Below are positions 10,301 to 18,942 of a stretch of DNA of 48,865 bases, in pieces. This DNA is from Candidatus Parcubacteria bacterium (GTDB lineage Bacteria > Patescibacteriota > Minisyncoccia > Minisyncoccales > JAGMAB01). A program made the translations under genes and the position numbers. Each line of letters opens with the position of its first letter. Position 1 is the first letter of the stretch. Location of the stretch: NCBI GenBank assembly GCA_023131055.1, contig JAGMAB010000002.1, positions 1 through 48,865 on the forward strand, written 5' to 3'. The notes under the pieces are model-generated. The model saw only the letters and a list, made by a program, of their open reading frames with translations. It ran no database searches and had not been told where the DNA came from.

Positions 10301-13123
10301 ACAATCTTGGCTCAGGAAATCGGGGTGGCAGCTGTTTTGGTAGTGGAAAAATCCGTGCTTGGGAGTTTCGCCGATACAGTAGTTTTGGAAGGCGGAACCG
10401 ACTATACAGTTGATTCTTCAACCAGAACAGCCACAAAAATCACTTTAAGTTCATCCGCTGCCAGCGACATTACAACAAGTTCAAAACTCCGCGTAACCTG
10501 GGTGGCTGATGTGATGAAAATTGACAACTCAAATATCAATACATCATTAAAACTGAAAATTTATCTCAATAGAAATGGCGTTGAAGCAACTCCGGAAATC
10601 CAAGAAGTTGCCACTGGCAAATACGTTGAAATGCTGTATGAATATACTTCCAAACCAATGTTGACTGAGAAAGATATTTTACAGCATGACATTGAAACCC
10701 TTACAATGGCAAATGTAATTAACGACGCTATGGGCGCCGGCGTGTCAGCTGACGCTATCGCTACTCAAATAAACACCGCGATTGACGAAGGCGTGAAAAC
10801 CGCCGCAGAGATTGGCGATATTTTTAATACCACTAACTTAACCGCTGCTAATCTCAATTTAATTTGTGATAGTTCTAATATAACATCAACAAATATCAAA
10901 GCGGTTTTGGATAGCGGAAATGTAACGGTAGCGTCACAACTTGGCGCTATGTTAGAAGGAACATCACTAACAGCAGCTAATGCAGCAACTGTATGCAATG
11001 AAAAGTACACGGATGCACAAAAAGCAGCGGCATTCGATAATGCAATAATGTCAGCTGCAAGAATAGCAGCCGTTTGTAACGAAGCAGGATTTACCGCAGC
11101 GAACAAAGCATTAGTATTCAACGAAGCAGGATTTATTGCTGCGAACAAAGCATTAGTATTCAACGAAGCAGGATTTACCGCAGCGAACAAAGCATTAGTA
11201 TTCAACGAAGCAGGATTTATTGCTGCGAACAAAGCAGGTGTATGCAATCACACTAATCTCACAGCAGCAGTATTAAATGCAATCTGTGATAACGCAAATA
11301 TATTATCTGCAACGATAAAAGCGATTCTTGATACCGGGGGAGTTACAGTCGCTTCTCAACTTGGCGCGATGTTAGAAGGCGCGCAACTAACAGCGGCGCA
11401 TGGTGGCGCTGTTCTTAACGCGAAATATTCTGACGCGCAAAAGGGAGCTGCTCTGGCGAACGCTATTATGTCAACAGCAAGAGTAGCATCTTTGCTTGAA
11501 ATAGCGGATTTGACAGCAGGAGTCGCGGGCACAATTTGTAATGCTGCTGAATTCACAGCGGCAAATCTAAACGCAGCTTGCGACCATGTAAATATGAGTT
11601 CTGCGCGGATAAAAGCAATATTAGATACAGCCGGCGTCACAGTAGCATCACAACTTGGCGCGATGTTAGAAGGAACCCAGCTAACCGCAGCCAACGCGGC
11701 AACTTTCTGCGAAGCAGGAACTGTTAACGACGACCAATTAAACGCTGCCTGCGATAACGCAATAATGTCATCAGCCAGAATCAAAGCAATTCTTGATGAA
11801 GGAACAGTTATTACAGCAGGACATTTAGGCGCGATGCTCGAAGGAACGCAGTTAACAGCGGCGCACGCGGCAACTTTCTGCGAAGCAGGAACTGTTAACG
11901 ACGACCAATTAAACGCTGCCTGCGATAACGCGATAATGAGTTCAGCGAGAATTAAAGCAATCCTTGATATAGGAACAGTTACAACAGCAGGTCATTTAGG
12001 CGCGATGTTAGAAGGCGCGCAACTAACCGCGGCCAACGCGGCTAATGTTTGCGAGAACAAATACACAGATGCGCAAAAAGCCGCTGCATTTGATAACGCT
12101 ATTATGACCGCGACTAAAGCCGCCTCTATTTTAGATAATACAAATCTCACTGCTGATAATACTCAAAGTATAATGAGAACAATGAGCAATTACACCAAAA
12201 TTATTGACATTATTGTTGATGACGCTTCTGACACTACTATTTCTTCTAATACCTCTGTTTCTAATGAAGTCAAGCGCTACGGAGACCTGACTATTAACAG
12301 TTCTATTACCCTTACCTTAGATGCTGCTCATAACAGAAAGGTAGTTATTGCTAAGAATGTGATCAATAATGGAACAATCAGCAAGGTCAATCTCGCAAAT
12401 AATGCTGGTGGTGGATTAATTATCATTACTAAAAATTGGGATAATAATAATCTTGTAAAGGCTGATGGAGAAGGAACCGATTCTATTGGTGCGGCTGGAG
12501 CAATTGCTAGGATAGGAACAGATGCGGTGGGAACTGGAGGCGATGGAGGGAATTCGTATGGGCCTTCTGGTGCCGCAGGTAATCCCAATGGTGGCGGCGG
12601 TGGAGGTGGAGCTTTCGGATCCGATCCTACCCCTGGTGGTTCTGTTTCCTATACTGACTATACCGCTGCTTCCCTTTATCAAACCTTTCGCAATGCAACT
12701 ATTGACTGGTGGCTTGCCAATGTTGGCACTGTTAAAAATCCTATTTCTCCTCAATCTTTTCCCAATATCTATGGAGCAAGCGGGGGAGATAGAGGGTATC
12801 ATAATGCTGATTTCTATGGGGGCTACGGAGGTTCTGGTGGAGGGGAAATTATTGTTCTTTCTGATGTTTTTGACAATACTGGTGGGACATTAAGAGCAAA
12901 CGGTTCTAATGGGGGAGACGGTCATACCGCGAACTGCAGCTATTATGCCGGTGGTGGAGGTGGTGGCGGAAGTGGTTTGATCTATGGTTTATATCGTTCT
13001 ACTTTGACCGCCGCTGGAATTCTTACTGCCAGCGGCGGGAGTGGTGGTAATGGCAACTGTTGCCATGTAGGTGGTGTCGGAGTTGCTGGCACTGCCACAA
13101 CCTATTCAGTCTCTGGAGGTTAG
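7400..13123 (+). CDS. Giant (1907 aa) membrane-anchored surface protein: N-terminal excisionase-like HTH, TM helix, Thr/Gly-rich fibre-like region, helical repeat solenoid, Gly-rich C-terminal domain
   Basis: LISLQEATKYCSYSQPYLRLRVRQGKLKAVKIENNWFTT is HTH_17-like. Hydrophobic helix at about aa 100-124, followed by internal repeats and a GGGGG-rich tail. Confidence 0.75.
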   Translation: MKNNSKGKKLISLQEATKYCSYSQPYLRLRVRQGKLKAVKIENNWFTTKKWIEEYLQKIESFNGKRNSYFQKDIGKLKTEIERLKKEIKVLEPKKTFPTSPILVLKPALIAALVFILLCTGIVFGKDSIINFAEDVSENISENISKGANIAGEIVSEISVPKVSLPKVSLPKVSLPEISGSEISATVFDTFNILISEINMLSNRVGNKAADVSQSASQGIQTIPQTIIQGYTFADDFVEQKISLFGKNITERYLAADNFVEQKISLFGRQMTEGTKEVVEMVSQPFKKEIVIEKVAPVSGITEKEIETLKSQSKELKEKIEKLEREGITAKEIIKEVEVSRITRIEPVKEITKEKIITKIDDKELKKLKAQVAEFSLWGTDIEELRNITKKLQSRPTATYAASAPIYIASQGLQVGGTGTFASLGVSGSAGIGHLGVGGSTSLGSTSSDYLTVNATSAFKSAVTAEAGLTVGTSTLVIDSQGNISTTGNITTTGTGDLIISGDLTIAGAQVLSGASSFTTGTFSGDLTTAGNLIFDLAEDVTIQTTAPSVARIYTIPDFGDDDTFVGLAANQALTNKTYDGLSLTAETTGFTIAGGTTSKTLTIDADGTASNWNTAYTYSTVGHLPLVGGTLTGNIIFEGASVDEFETTLTVEDPTTPDKTLTLPNFTGYVVANVNKVTNIEGTGLSVTGGTLNFSSTGLTWAGNVIGLSVGGTGKNLTATNGGIVWSDTDSLEILAAGSSGQMLISGGAGTPSWTTTTIPSTAASGSILAANSANTLSAITSTSGTKVLTNTAGTITWETLSMTASSITETWAGSVQQAIDNLRQMTGQIRPISQVLEIIDTGSYSNIEASGNNYVLTAAATSGNVLTDVISSDSKLLLYFKSLELTVINGVGNTHATPVQVEIYGNADSYATALNGTTKFTIDPSSSLIELKRKDITEVATGANQTDWTMTAAGCFPSVAGDEYETILAQEIGVAAVLVVEKSVLGSFADTVVLEGGTDYTVDSSTRTATKITLSSSAASDITTSSKLRVTWVADVMKIDNSNINTSLKLKIYLNRNGVEATPEIQEVATGKYVEMLYEYTSKPMLTEKDILQHDIETLTMANVINDAMGAGVSADAIATQINTAIDEGVKTAAEIGDIFNTTNLTAANLNLICDSSNITSTNIKAVLDSGNVTVASQLGAMLEGTSLTAANAATVCNEKYTDAQKAAAFDNAIMSAARIAAVCNEAGFTAANKALVFNEAGFIAANKALVFNEAGFTAANKALVFNEAGFIAANKAGVCNHTNLTAAVLNAICDNANILSATIKAILDTGGVTVASQLGAMLEGAQLTAAHGGAVLNAKYSDAQKGAALANAIMSTARVASLLEIADLTAGVAGTICNAAEFTAANLNAACDHVNMSSARIKAILDTAGVTVASQLGAMLEGTQLTAANAATFCEAGTVNDDQLNAACDNAIMSSARIKAILDEGTVITAGHLGAMLEGTQLTAAHAATFCEAGTVNDDQLNAACDNAIMSSARIKAILDIGTVTTAGHLGAMLEGAQLTAANAANVCENKYTDAQKAAAFDNAIMTATKAASILDNTNLTADNTQSIMRTMSNYTKIIDIIVDDASDTTISSNTSVSNEVKRYGDLTINSSITLTLDAAHNRKVVIAKNVINNGTISKVNLANNAGGGLIIITKNWDNNNLVKADGEGTDSIGAAGAIARIGTDAVGTGGDGGNSYGPSGAAGNPNGGGGGGGAFGSDPTPGGSVSYTDYTAASLYQTFRNATIDWWLANVGTVKNPISPQSFPNIYGASGGDRGYHNADFYGGYGGSGGGEIIVLSDVFDNTGGTLRANGSNGGDGHTANCSYYAGGGGGGGSGLIYGLYRSTLTAAGILTASGGSGGNGNCCHVGGVGVAGTATTYSVSGG
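7879..7930 (+). repeat. 15-bp coding tandem repeat (PKVSL x3)
   Basis: CCAAAAGTATC repeated every 15 nt. Confidence 0.85.
11078..11237 (+). repeat. 42-bp coding tandem repeat x~4 (NEAGF[T/I]AANKALVF), organised as an 84-bp duplication
   Basis: AACGAAGCAGGATTTA(CCGCA/TTGCT)GCGAACAAAGCATTAGTATTC units, with T and I variants alternating. Confidence 0.95.
11655..12040 (+). repeat. 171-bp (57-aa) coding tandem duplication
   Basis: ACGCGGCAACTTTCTGCGAAGCAGGAACTGTTAACGACGACCAATTAAACGCTGCCTGCGATAACGC occurs at ~11694 and ~11865. Confidence 0.9.
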
Positions 13124-13164
13124 TATTATAAGAAAACGGGGTCAACTTTGTTTTCGAAAAAGAG

Positions 13165-13199
13165 AATGTCAATCCTAAACCATAAAAAATTGAAAAAAC
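13165..13199 (+). repeat. 35-bp direct repeat, copy 1
   Basis: AATGTCAATCCTAAACCATAAAAAATTGAAAAAAC; one mismatch to 14533-14567. Confidence 0.9.
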
Positions 13200-13220
13200 C
13201 GAGAATTCACAATTATCTAC

Positions 13221-13248
13221 TTGACACCTAAAATAGTAATGCTAAAAT
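13221..13248 (+). promoter_or_regulatory. Sigma70-type promoter, near-leaderless transcript
   Basis: TTGACA-16 nt-(TGC)TAAAAT, with ATG 8 nt downstream. Confidence 0.65.
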
Positions 13249-13256
13249 AGGGATAT

Positions 13257-14546
13257 ATGCAGAAAATAGAAAAGAACAAAATCATTCAACGGGAAGTTTT
13301 TCCTAAAATTGTCGCTCATCTTGGAAAACCGGAAATAACCCTGATTACCGGGGCAAGGCAAACCGGCAAGACAACGCTTTTAGGAATGCTTAAAGAACGG
13401 CTGATCAAAGAAAAAAAAGTTGCTTCTGAAAACATTTTTTACTTTAATTTGGATATTGTAAAGGATTGGGAGTTTTTTCAAGACCAGACAAAGTTTATAG
13501 AATTTCTCAAAGACCGAAGCCAAGAGCAGAAGATTTATGTATTAGTAGACGAGGCGCAGAGAGTTCCGAATTGTTCTCGATTTTTTAAAGGCGTTTATGA
13601 TTCAGATTTAAATGTTAAATTGGTCCTGACCGGCTCAAGCTCATTGGAATTAAAAACACGTTTTCAGGAATCATTAGCCGGCAGAAAACAAGTTTTTCAT
13701 CTTTTTTCTTTTTCTTTTACCGAATTTTTACAGGCAAAGGATAAAATATTAGCCGAACTATTAGAAAAGAAATCTAAAATATCCGAAATTTCCAAGAAGC
13801 AGATTTTATCCTTATTTAAAGAATATGTTATTTGGGGCGGTTATCCGCGAGTAGTTCTTTCTTCAACCAATCAAGAAAAATCAGATGTTTTGTCTGATAT
13901 TTATTCCAGCTATATTGAAAAAGACATTGTTGGTTTATTGGAAATAAAAAATCGGCTGAAATTTTCTGATTTAGTGAAACTTTTAGCCGGGCAAATAGGA
14001 CAGCTAGTTAATATAAGCGAGTTGTCTAACTCATTAAATTTAGACAGAGAAACAGTGGAAAGATATTTGAAAGCGCTGGAAGAGACATTTATTATCAGTC
14101 CTTTAATCCCTTATTTTAAAAATCCTCGCCAGGAAATAGTAAAACAAAATAAAATATATTTTAATGATACTGGAATTAGGAATTACGCTTTGGATAATTT
14201 CTCATTGCTTTCCGAAAGGCAGGATGCGGGATTGGTCTTAGAAAATACTGTTTTTAGAGAAATTTTGCTTTCTTTGTCTTTATTTCAAAAGATTCGTTTT
14301 TGGCGGACAAAACAGGGAGCTGAAGTTGATTTTTTAATTTTGAAAGGAGAAAAAATAGTTCCGATAGAGGTAAAATCAAAGATAAGAAAACCAGTTATTT
14401 CTTTAGGTTTAAGGAGTTTTATTGAAAAATATGTTCCAGAAAAAGCTTTTATAGTTAATCTATCATTAGAACAAGGAGTAAAAATTAAAAAAACAAAAGT
14501 TGATTTTATTTATCCTTTTGAGATTCAAGGAAAATGTCAATCCTAA
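13257..14546 (+). CDS. AAA+ ATPase, AAA_14 + DUF4143 family
   Basis: GARQTGKTT, VDEAQ, TGSSS, WGGYP, KIYFNDTGIRN, FWRTKQGAEVDF..PIEVK. Confidence 0.92.
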   Translation: MQKIEKNKIIQREVFPKIVAHLGKPEITLITGARQTGKTTLLGMLKERLIKEKKVASENIFYFNLDIVKDWEFFQDQTKFIEFLKDRSQEQKIYVLVDEAQRVPNCSRFFKGVYDSDLNVKLVLTGSSSLELKTRFQESLAGRKQVFHLFSFSFTEFLQAKDKILAELLEKKSKISEISKKQILSLFKEYVIWGGYPRVVLSSTNQEKSDVLSDIYSSYIEKDIVGLLEIKNRLKFSDLVKLLAGQIGQLVNISELSNSLNLDRETVERYLKALEETFIISPLIPYFKNPRQEIVKQNKIYFNDTGIRNYALDNFSLLSERQDAGLVLENTVFREILLSLSLFQKIRFWRTKQGAEVDFLILKGEKIVPIEVKSKIRKPVISLGLRSFIEKYVPEKAFIVNLSLEQGVKIKKTKVDFIYPFEIQGKCQS

Positions 14547-14567
14547 ACCATAAAAAATTAAAAAAAC
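14533..14567 (+). repeat. 35-bp direct repeat, copy 2 (includes the start codon of the next gene)
   Basis: AATGTCAATCCTAAACCATAAAAAATTAAAAAAAC. Confidence 0.9.
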
Positions 14568-15388
14568 TACTCTTTGCCTTATTTATTATAGGAGTGTTTT
14601 GCTTTTCCTTGGCTGATTTTAGTTACGCTAAAACCGAGCAGGAATGGTTGTCTGAAATCAACCAACTTTTAACCGAGTCCAAAGAAAATTCTGATTTACC
14701 TAAAGATAAACAAGAATGGCTGTCTGAATTAGAACAAGTAGCGAAAGAAGAAACAGAGAAGAGAGCTGTTGAGATAGAGTGCCTGAAAAATCCAGAAACC
14801 TGCCCTGTTGCTTTAGAATCTCTATTGATTGATAAAAAAGGAAACATTGAAGGAGTTGAGGAATTTGATTTACAATTTGAACATGCGTCTTTATTTGAAA
14901 ACTTCACCCAAAAATTAAAACAAGCCCTGGTTTCGCTCGGGCTTGTTGTTGAAAATGGAATTGCTCAAGTTAAAGAATTAATGGCTGATAAAATCACTGC
15001 TACCGAAAGGATTGTCGCGCCTGTTGGCCAGTTTGAAAAAATTGAGATGCGAGATAAACTTACTGGCGAGATTTACTGCACTTGGATTGAAAACAACGAG
15101 TGGATAAAAGTCAAAGGCGAGTGTGGAATGTTCGGGGTCAAACCCCAATCAATTCCCCCAACAGAACCAGAGTCAGAAGAATTACTAACACCAGCGGAAC
15201 CAGAAGTATTGACTGAGCCAGAACCTCCAGTTGAGGAGGAACCGTCAGTAGAAACTGAGGAATTGCCGGTTGAAGAGCCAGCGGTTGAACCTATGATAGA
15301 AGAACCAATTGAGGAACCAACAGAAGAACCAATAATTGAGGAAGAAATAATTAGTGAAGAAGAACTACCGGAAGAACCACAGGAATAA
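14534..15388 (+). CDS. Secreted protein with Cys-pair module and Glu/Pro-rich tail
   Basis: Signal peptide (..FSYA|K), EMRDKLTGEIYCTWIENNEWIKVKGEC, acidic EEP repeats. Confidence 0.75.
   Translation: MSILNHKKLKKLLFALFIIGVFCFSLADFSYAKTEQEWLSEINQLLTESKENSDLPKDKQEWLSELEQVAKEETEKRAVEIECLKNPETCPVALESLLIDKKGNIEGVEEFDLQFEHASLFENFTQKLKQALVSLGLVVENGIAQVKELMADKITATERIVAPVGQFEKIEMRDKLTGEIYCTWIENNEWIKVKGECGMFGVKPQSIPPTEPESEELLTPAEPEVLTEPEPPVEEEPSVETEELPVEEPAVEPMIEEPIEEPTEEPIIEEEIISEEELPEEPQE
15125..15156. repeat. REP-like palindrome copy 2, inside a CDS
   Basis: GGAATGTTCGGGG-TCAAA-CCCCAATCAATTCC, read as GMFGVKPQSIP. Confidence 0.7.
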
Positions 15389-15432
15389 ATTTTCAATTAA
15401 CAATAAAAAATTTAAAAAAACTGCAAGAAAAT

Positions 15433-15460
15433 TTGACAAATACAAAATATCAGATAAAAT
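15433..15460 (+). promoter_or_regulatory. Sigma70-type promoter of second ATPase
   Basis: TTGACA-16 nt-TAAAAT. Confidence 0.6.
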
Positions 15461-15497
15461 GTATTTAGGGATAAAGAATTATTAAAATTATCTTAAA

Positions 15498-16706
15498 ATG
15501 AGTATTATTAGAGATTTAACCCTAAAAATCCAAAAATATTTAGATAGAGACGAAATCTTGCTTATTATTGGAGCAAGGCAGTCCGGAAAAACAACTCTCT
15601 TACATCAAATAGAGGATATTTTGAAAAAGCAAAACCAAGCCAATTATTTTTTGAATCTTGAAGACCCGGATTATTTATCCCTGCTTAATCAATCTCCCAA
15701 AAATCTATTTAAAATTTTTTCTTTTGATTTGAAGCAGAAAACTTTTATTCTTATAGATGAAGTTCAGTATTTAGACAACCCTTCTAATTTTTTGAAATAT
15801 TTTTACGATGAATATTATGGCAAAATTAAAATAATTGCCTCCGGCTCATCGGCGTTTTATCTTGATAAAAAATTTAAAGATTCTTTGGTAGGCAGGAAAA
15901 GAATTTTCCATCTTTTCACCCTTTCTTTTAGAGAATTTTTGCGGTTCAAAGATGAGAATCAACTCAGCCAAAAAGATTTCCAGAATTTAAGTTTACAGGA
16001 GCGAGAGAAAATCATTCTTTATTATCAGGAATACATCACTTTCGGCGGTTATCCGAGAGTTGTCTTAACTCCCTTAAAAGAAAAAGAGGAGATATTAAGA
16101 GATATCGCTTATTCCTATATTAAAAAAGATATTTACGAGGCAAATATCCGTCAGGACGAAGTTTTTTATAAATTATTTAAGATTCTCGCTTCGCAAATTG
16201 GAAATTTAGTCAACAGTTTTGAACTTGCTTCTACCTTAGGAATTTCCAAAACAGCCATAGATAACTATCTCTACGTAATGCAGAAGTCCTTCCATATTCG
16301 TTTAATCAACCCCTTTTTCAAAAATTTAAGAAAAGAATTAACAAAAATGCCAAAGGTCTACTTTTTGGATTTAGGAATAAGAAATTTCTTTCTTAAAAAT
16401 TTCAAACTATTTCAGGAAAGGGAAGATAAAGGTCCTTTATTAGAAAATGCTCTTTTTAGACAACTGATAGAGAAATATAATTTTGACGAAATAAGGTTCT
16501 GGCGGACTATTCAGAAGCAGGAGCTAGATTTTATTATTGATGAAAAAATGGCTTTTGAGGTTAAAGTTCAACCGGATAAATTTAAGAAGAAAAATTATAA
16601 AGTATTTTTAGAAAACTATCCTCAGATAAAATTTTCCATTGTTTCTTTTGATACAAAAGAAAAATTAGTTGCTTCGCATCAAGTTTTTGAAATCTATCAA
16701 ATATAA
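15498..16706 (+). CDS. AAA+ ATPase, AAA_14 + DUF4143 family (second paralogue)
   Basis: GARQSGKTT, IDEVQ, SGSS, FGGYP, PKVYFLDLGIRN, FWRT...ELDFII..FEVK. Confidence 0.92.
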   Translation: MSIIRDLTLKIQKYLDRDEILLIIGARQSGKTTLLHQIEDILKKQNQANYFLNLEDPDYLSLLNQSPKNLFKIFSFDLKQKTFILIDEVQYLDNPSNFLKYFYDEYYGKIKIIASGSSAFYLDKKFKDSLVGRKRIFHLFTLSFREFLRFKDENQLSQKDFQNLSLQEREKIILYYQEYITFGGYPRVVLTPLKEKEEILRDIAYSYIKKDIYEANIRQDEVFYKLFKILASQIGNLVNSFELASTLGISKTAIDNYLYVMQKSFHIRLINPFFKNLRKELTKMPKVYFLDLGIRNFFLKNFKLFQEREDKGPLLENALFRQLIEKYNFDEIRFWRTIQKQELDFIIDEKMAFEVKVQPDKFKKKNYKVFLENYPQIKFSIVSFDTKEKLVASHQVFEIYQI

Positions 16707-16708
16707 GA

Positions 16709-16757
16709 GTGCCTATCCCAAACCATAAAAAATTAAAAAAACAAAAGTTGATTTTAT
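16709..16757 (+). repeat. Degenerate third copy of the 35-bp repeat, fused to a copy of the first ATPase 3' end
   Basis: GTGCCTATCCCAAACCATAAAAAATTAAAAAAAC followed by AAAAGTTGATTTTAT (compare 14480-14509). Confidence 0.7.
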
Positions 16758-16839
16758 GGAAAAATAGTGCAGAGTCCCGACCTCTGTAAAAATTTAAACT
16801 CCTCTGTCCAGGAGTTTTTAATTATGTTAAGATTAAAAA

Positions 16840-18054
16840 ATGCCAAAGTATTTTTACACGGCTAAATCTCTAAAAGGGGAAAGTAAATCAGGAACTTTGG
16901 AAGCAAAAGGCAAATATCAGTTGGCAAAAACCCTGCGTAATCAGGGTTTGATTTTAATTGAAGCAAAATCCATTTCCACTGCTTCTCAGAAAAAAAAGTG
17001 GTGGGAGGCTTTTTTAAACCGCGTGAGTTTGGAAGAGAAAATGTTCTTTACCAGAAATTTACAGGTAATGATTGGCGCAGGTCTTTCTTTGCCAAGGACT
17101 TTAGATTCTTTGGCTAATCAGTCAAAAAATAAGAATTTTAAAAAAAACTTGTTGGATATAAAAGAAAAAATTACTAAAGGAACAAGTTTTTCTGACGCTT
17201 TAGCCTGTTATCCTGAAATCTTTTCAGAGCTTTTCCGAAATATGATAAAAGTAGGCGAGGAAGCCGGCACTCTGGAACAGGTTTTGAAAACTTTAACGTT
17301 GCAGATGGAAAGACAGCACAAATTATCGTCAAAAGTAAAAGGAGCAATGCTTTATCCCGCGGTTATTATAACGGCAATGCTTGGAATTGGGGTTTTAATG
17401 TTAGTTATGGTTGTGCCAAAAATAAGCAAGATACTTGAGGATTTAAACATAGAATTGCCGATGACTACTCAATTTATAATTGGTTTAACTGATTTTTTAA
17501 TTACAAAATGGTATTTGGTTATTTTAATTCTTGTTTTCTTTCTTTTTTCTTTTTGGCAGTTTATTAAAAACAAAAAGGGAAAAGAAATCATAGACGCTAT
17601 TTTTTTACGACTGCCTTTTATTTCGCCAATCATTAAAAAAACCAACTCTGCTTTTACGGTGCGAACTTTAAGTTCTTTAATTGCTTCAGGAATTCCTATT
17701 GTCAGGTCGCTGGAAATTGTTTCTGAAACAATGGGAAATGTTCATTATAAAAATGCCTTAAAGCAAGCCGCTGAAAAAGTCAAAAAAGGAGAAAAACTGT
17801 CTGAAGCGCTGAAACCTTATGAGGATATTTATCCATTAACCGTAATCCAGATGATTGCCGTGGGAGAAGAAACAGGCGAAACATCGGGAATTTTAGCGAA
17901 ATTGGCTGATTTTTTTGAAGAAGAAGTAAATAGAATTACTGATAATTTCAGTTCGGTGATTGAACCGATTTTAATGATTGTTGTCGGGATAGCGGTAGGT
18001 TTTTTCGCTGTTTCAATGCTTCAGCCAATGTATTCAATATTAGGAGGAATATAA
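16840..18054 (+). CDS. pilC: Type IV pilus platform protein (PilC/GspF family)
   Basis: FTRNLQVMIGAGL, GEEAGTLE, AMLYP, GEETG, IEPILM. Confidence 0.93.
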   Translation: MPKYFYTAKSLKGESKSGTLEAKGKYQLAKTLRNQGLILIEAKSISTASQKKKWWEAFLNRVSLEEKMFFTRNLQVMIGAGLSLPRTLDSLANQSKNKNFKKNLLDIKEKITKGTSFSDALACYPEIFSELFRNMIKVGEEAGTLEQVLKTLTLQMERQHKLSSKVKGAMLYPAVIITAMLGIGVLMLVMVVPKISKILEDLNIELPMTTQFIIGLTDFLITKWYLVILILVFFLFSFWQFIKNKKGKEIIDAIFLRLPFISPIIKKTNSAFTVRTLSSLIASGIPIVRSLEIVSETMGNVHYKNALKQAAEKVKKGEKLSEALKPYEDIYPLTVIQMIAVGEETGETSGILAKLADFFEEEVNRITDNFSSVIEPILMIVVGIAVGFFAVSMLQPMYSILGGI

Positions 18055-18060
18055 ACAATT

Positions 18061-18942
18061 ATGAAGGGGTTTACTCTTATTGAATTATTAATAATAGTTG
18101 GGACTTTAATGGTTTTAATCGTGGTTGCTGACACAACCATTAGTCTTTTTGAACAAGAATCAGATTTAAACAATTCTGCGGAACAAATTATTAATGTTTT
18201 GAGATTAGCTCAAAATAAAACCTTAACTTCAGAGCAAGATACTCAATGGGGAGTTTATTTTGAAACCGATAAATATGTTTTATTTAAGGGTTCAGACTAT
18301 AATCCTTTGGAAACTGATAATGAAATCCATAATCTCTCAAAAATAGTTGAAATTTCTAAAATTGCTTTGGAGGGTTTGGGTTCAAAAATAGTTTTTGACA
18401 GAGTGATTGGCTCAACTAATCAATTCGGTGAGATTTCTTTAGAATTAAAAACAGATACATCTAAAACAAAAAGTATTTATATTGAAAATTCCGGCCAAAT
18501 AGGATTAACCGAACCTTCAACTCCTTCTAACATTGCCAGAATAAAAGATTCCCGCCACATTCATTTTGATTTAGGCTGGTCTATTCAAGATGCCATTACT
18601 TTAAAGTTTAAATTTTTAGGTCCTGAACCGGACCAAATTGAAACGATTGATATGGCTGATTATTTTGATGTTAGCAAAACAGAATTTGATTGGTCTAATG
18701 AAGATACGCCTTTTGTGGTAAATGGTTTCAATCAAGTTTTTCGCATTCACACCCATTTTCTTGACGCTTTTAATACCATTCTTTGTATTCATCGTGATAG
18801 AAACAACAACAAGAATAATGAAGAGGTGCTCATTTATATTATTGATGGAGGAATTGAGAAAGACATTGTTCATTATTCAGCCGATGTTGATGATACTGTA
18901 GAAAAAGGTTTTTATGTTTTTAATACAATGGAAACACAATAA
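18061..18942 (+). CDS. Prepilin-like minor pilin (FimT/GspH-like)
   Basis: Class III signal KG|FTLIELL; LRLAQNKT. Confidence 0.8.
   Translation: MKGFTLIELLIIVGTLMVLIVVADTTISLFEQESDLNNSAEQIINVLRLAQNKTLTSEQDTQWGVYFETDKYVLFKGSDYNPLETDNEIHNLSKIVEISKIALEGLGSKIVFDRVIGSTNQFGEISLELKTDTSKTKSIYIENSGQIGLTEPSTPSNIARIKDSRHIHFDLGWSIQDAITLKFKFLGPEPDQIETIDMADYFDVSKTEFDWSNEDTPFVVNGFNQVFRIHTHFLDAFNTILCIHRDRNNNKNNEEVLIYIIDGGIEKDIVHYSADVDDTVEKGFYVFNTMETQ

Noticed and set aside
11078-11237. Regular near-identical repeats as a CRISPR array
   Set aside because: Contiguous 42-bp units with no unique spacers, in frame in a CDS, and no cas genes.
7603-12893. Many antisense and alternate-frame ORFs within long genes (also within pilB, infB and ftsH)
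   Set aside because: Shadow ORFs from codon bias and repeats, with no recognisable motifs.
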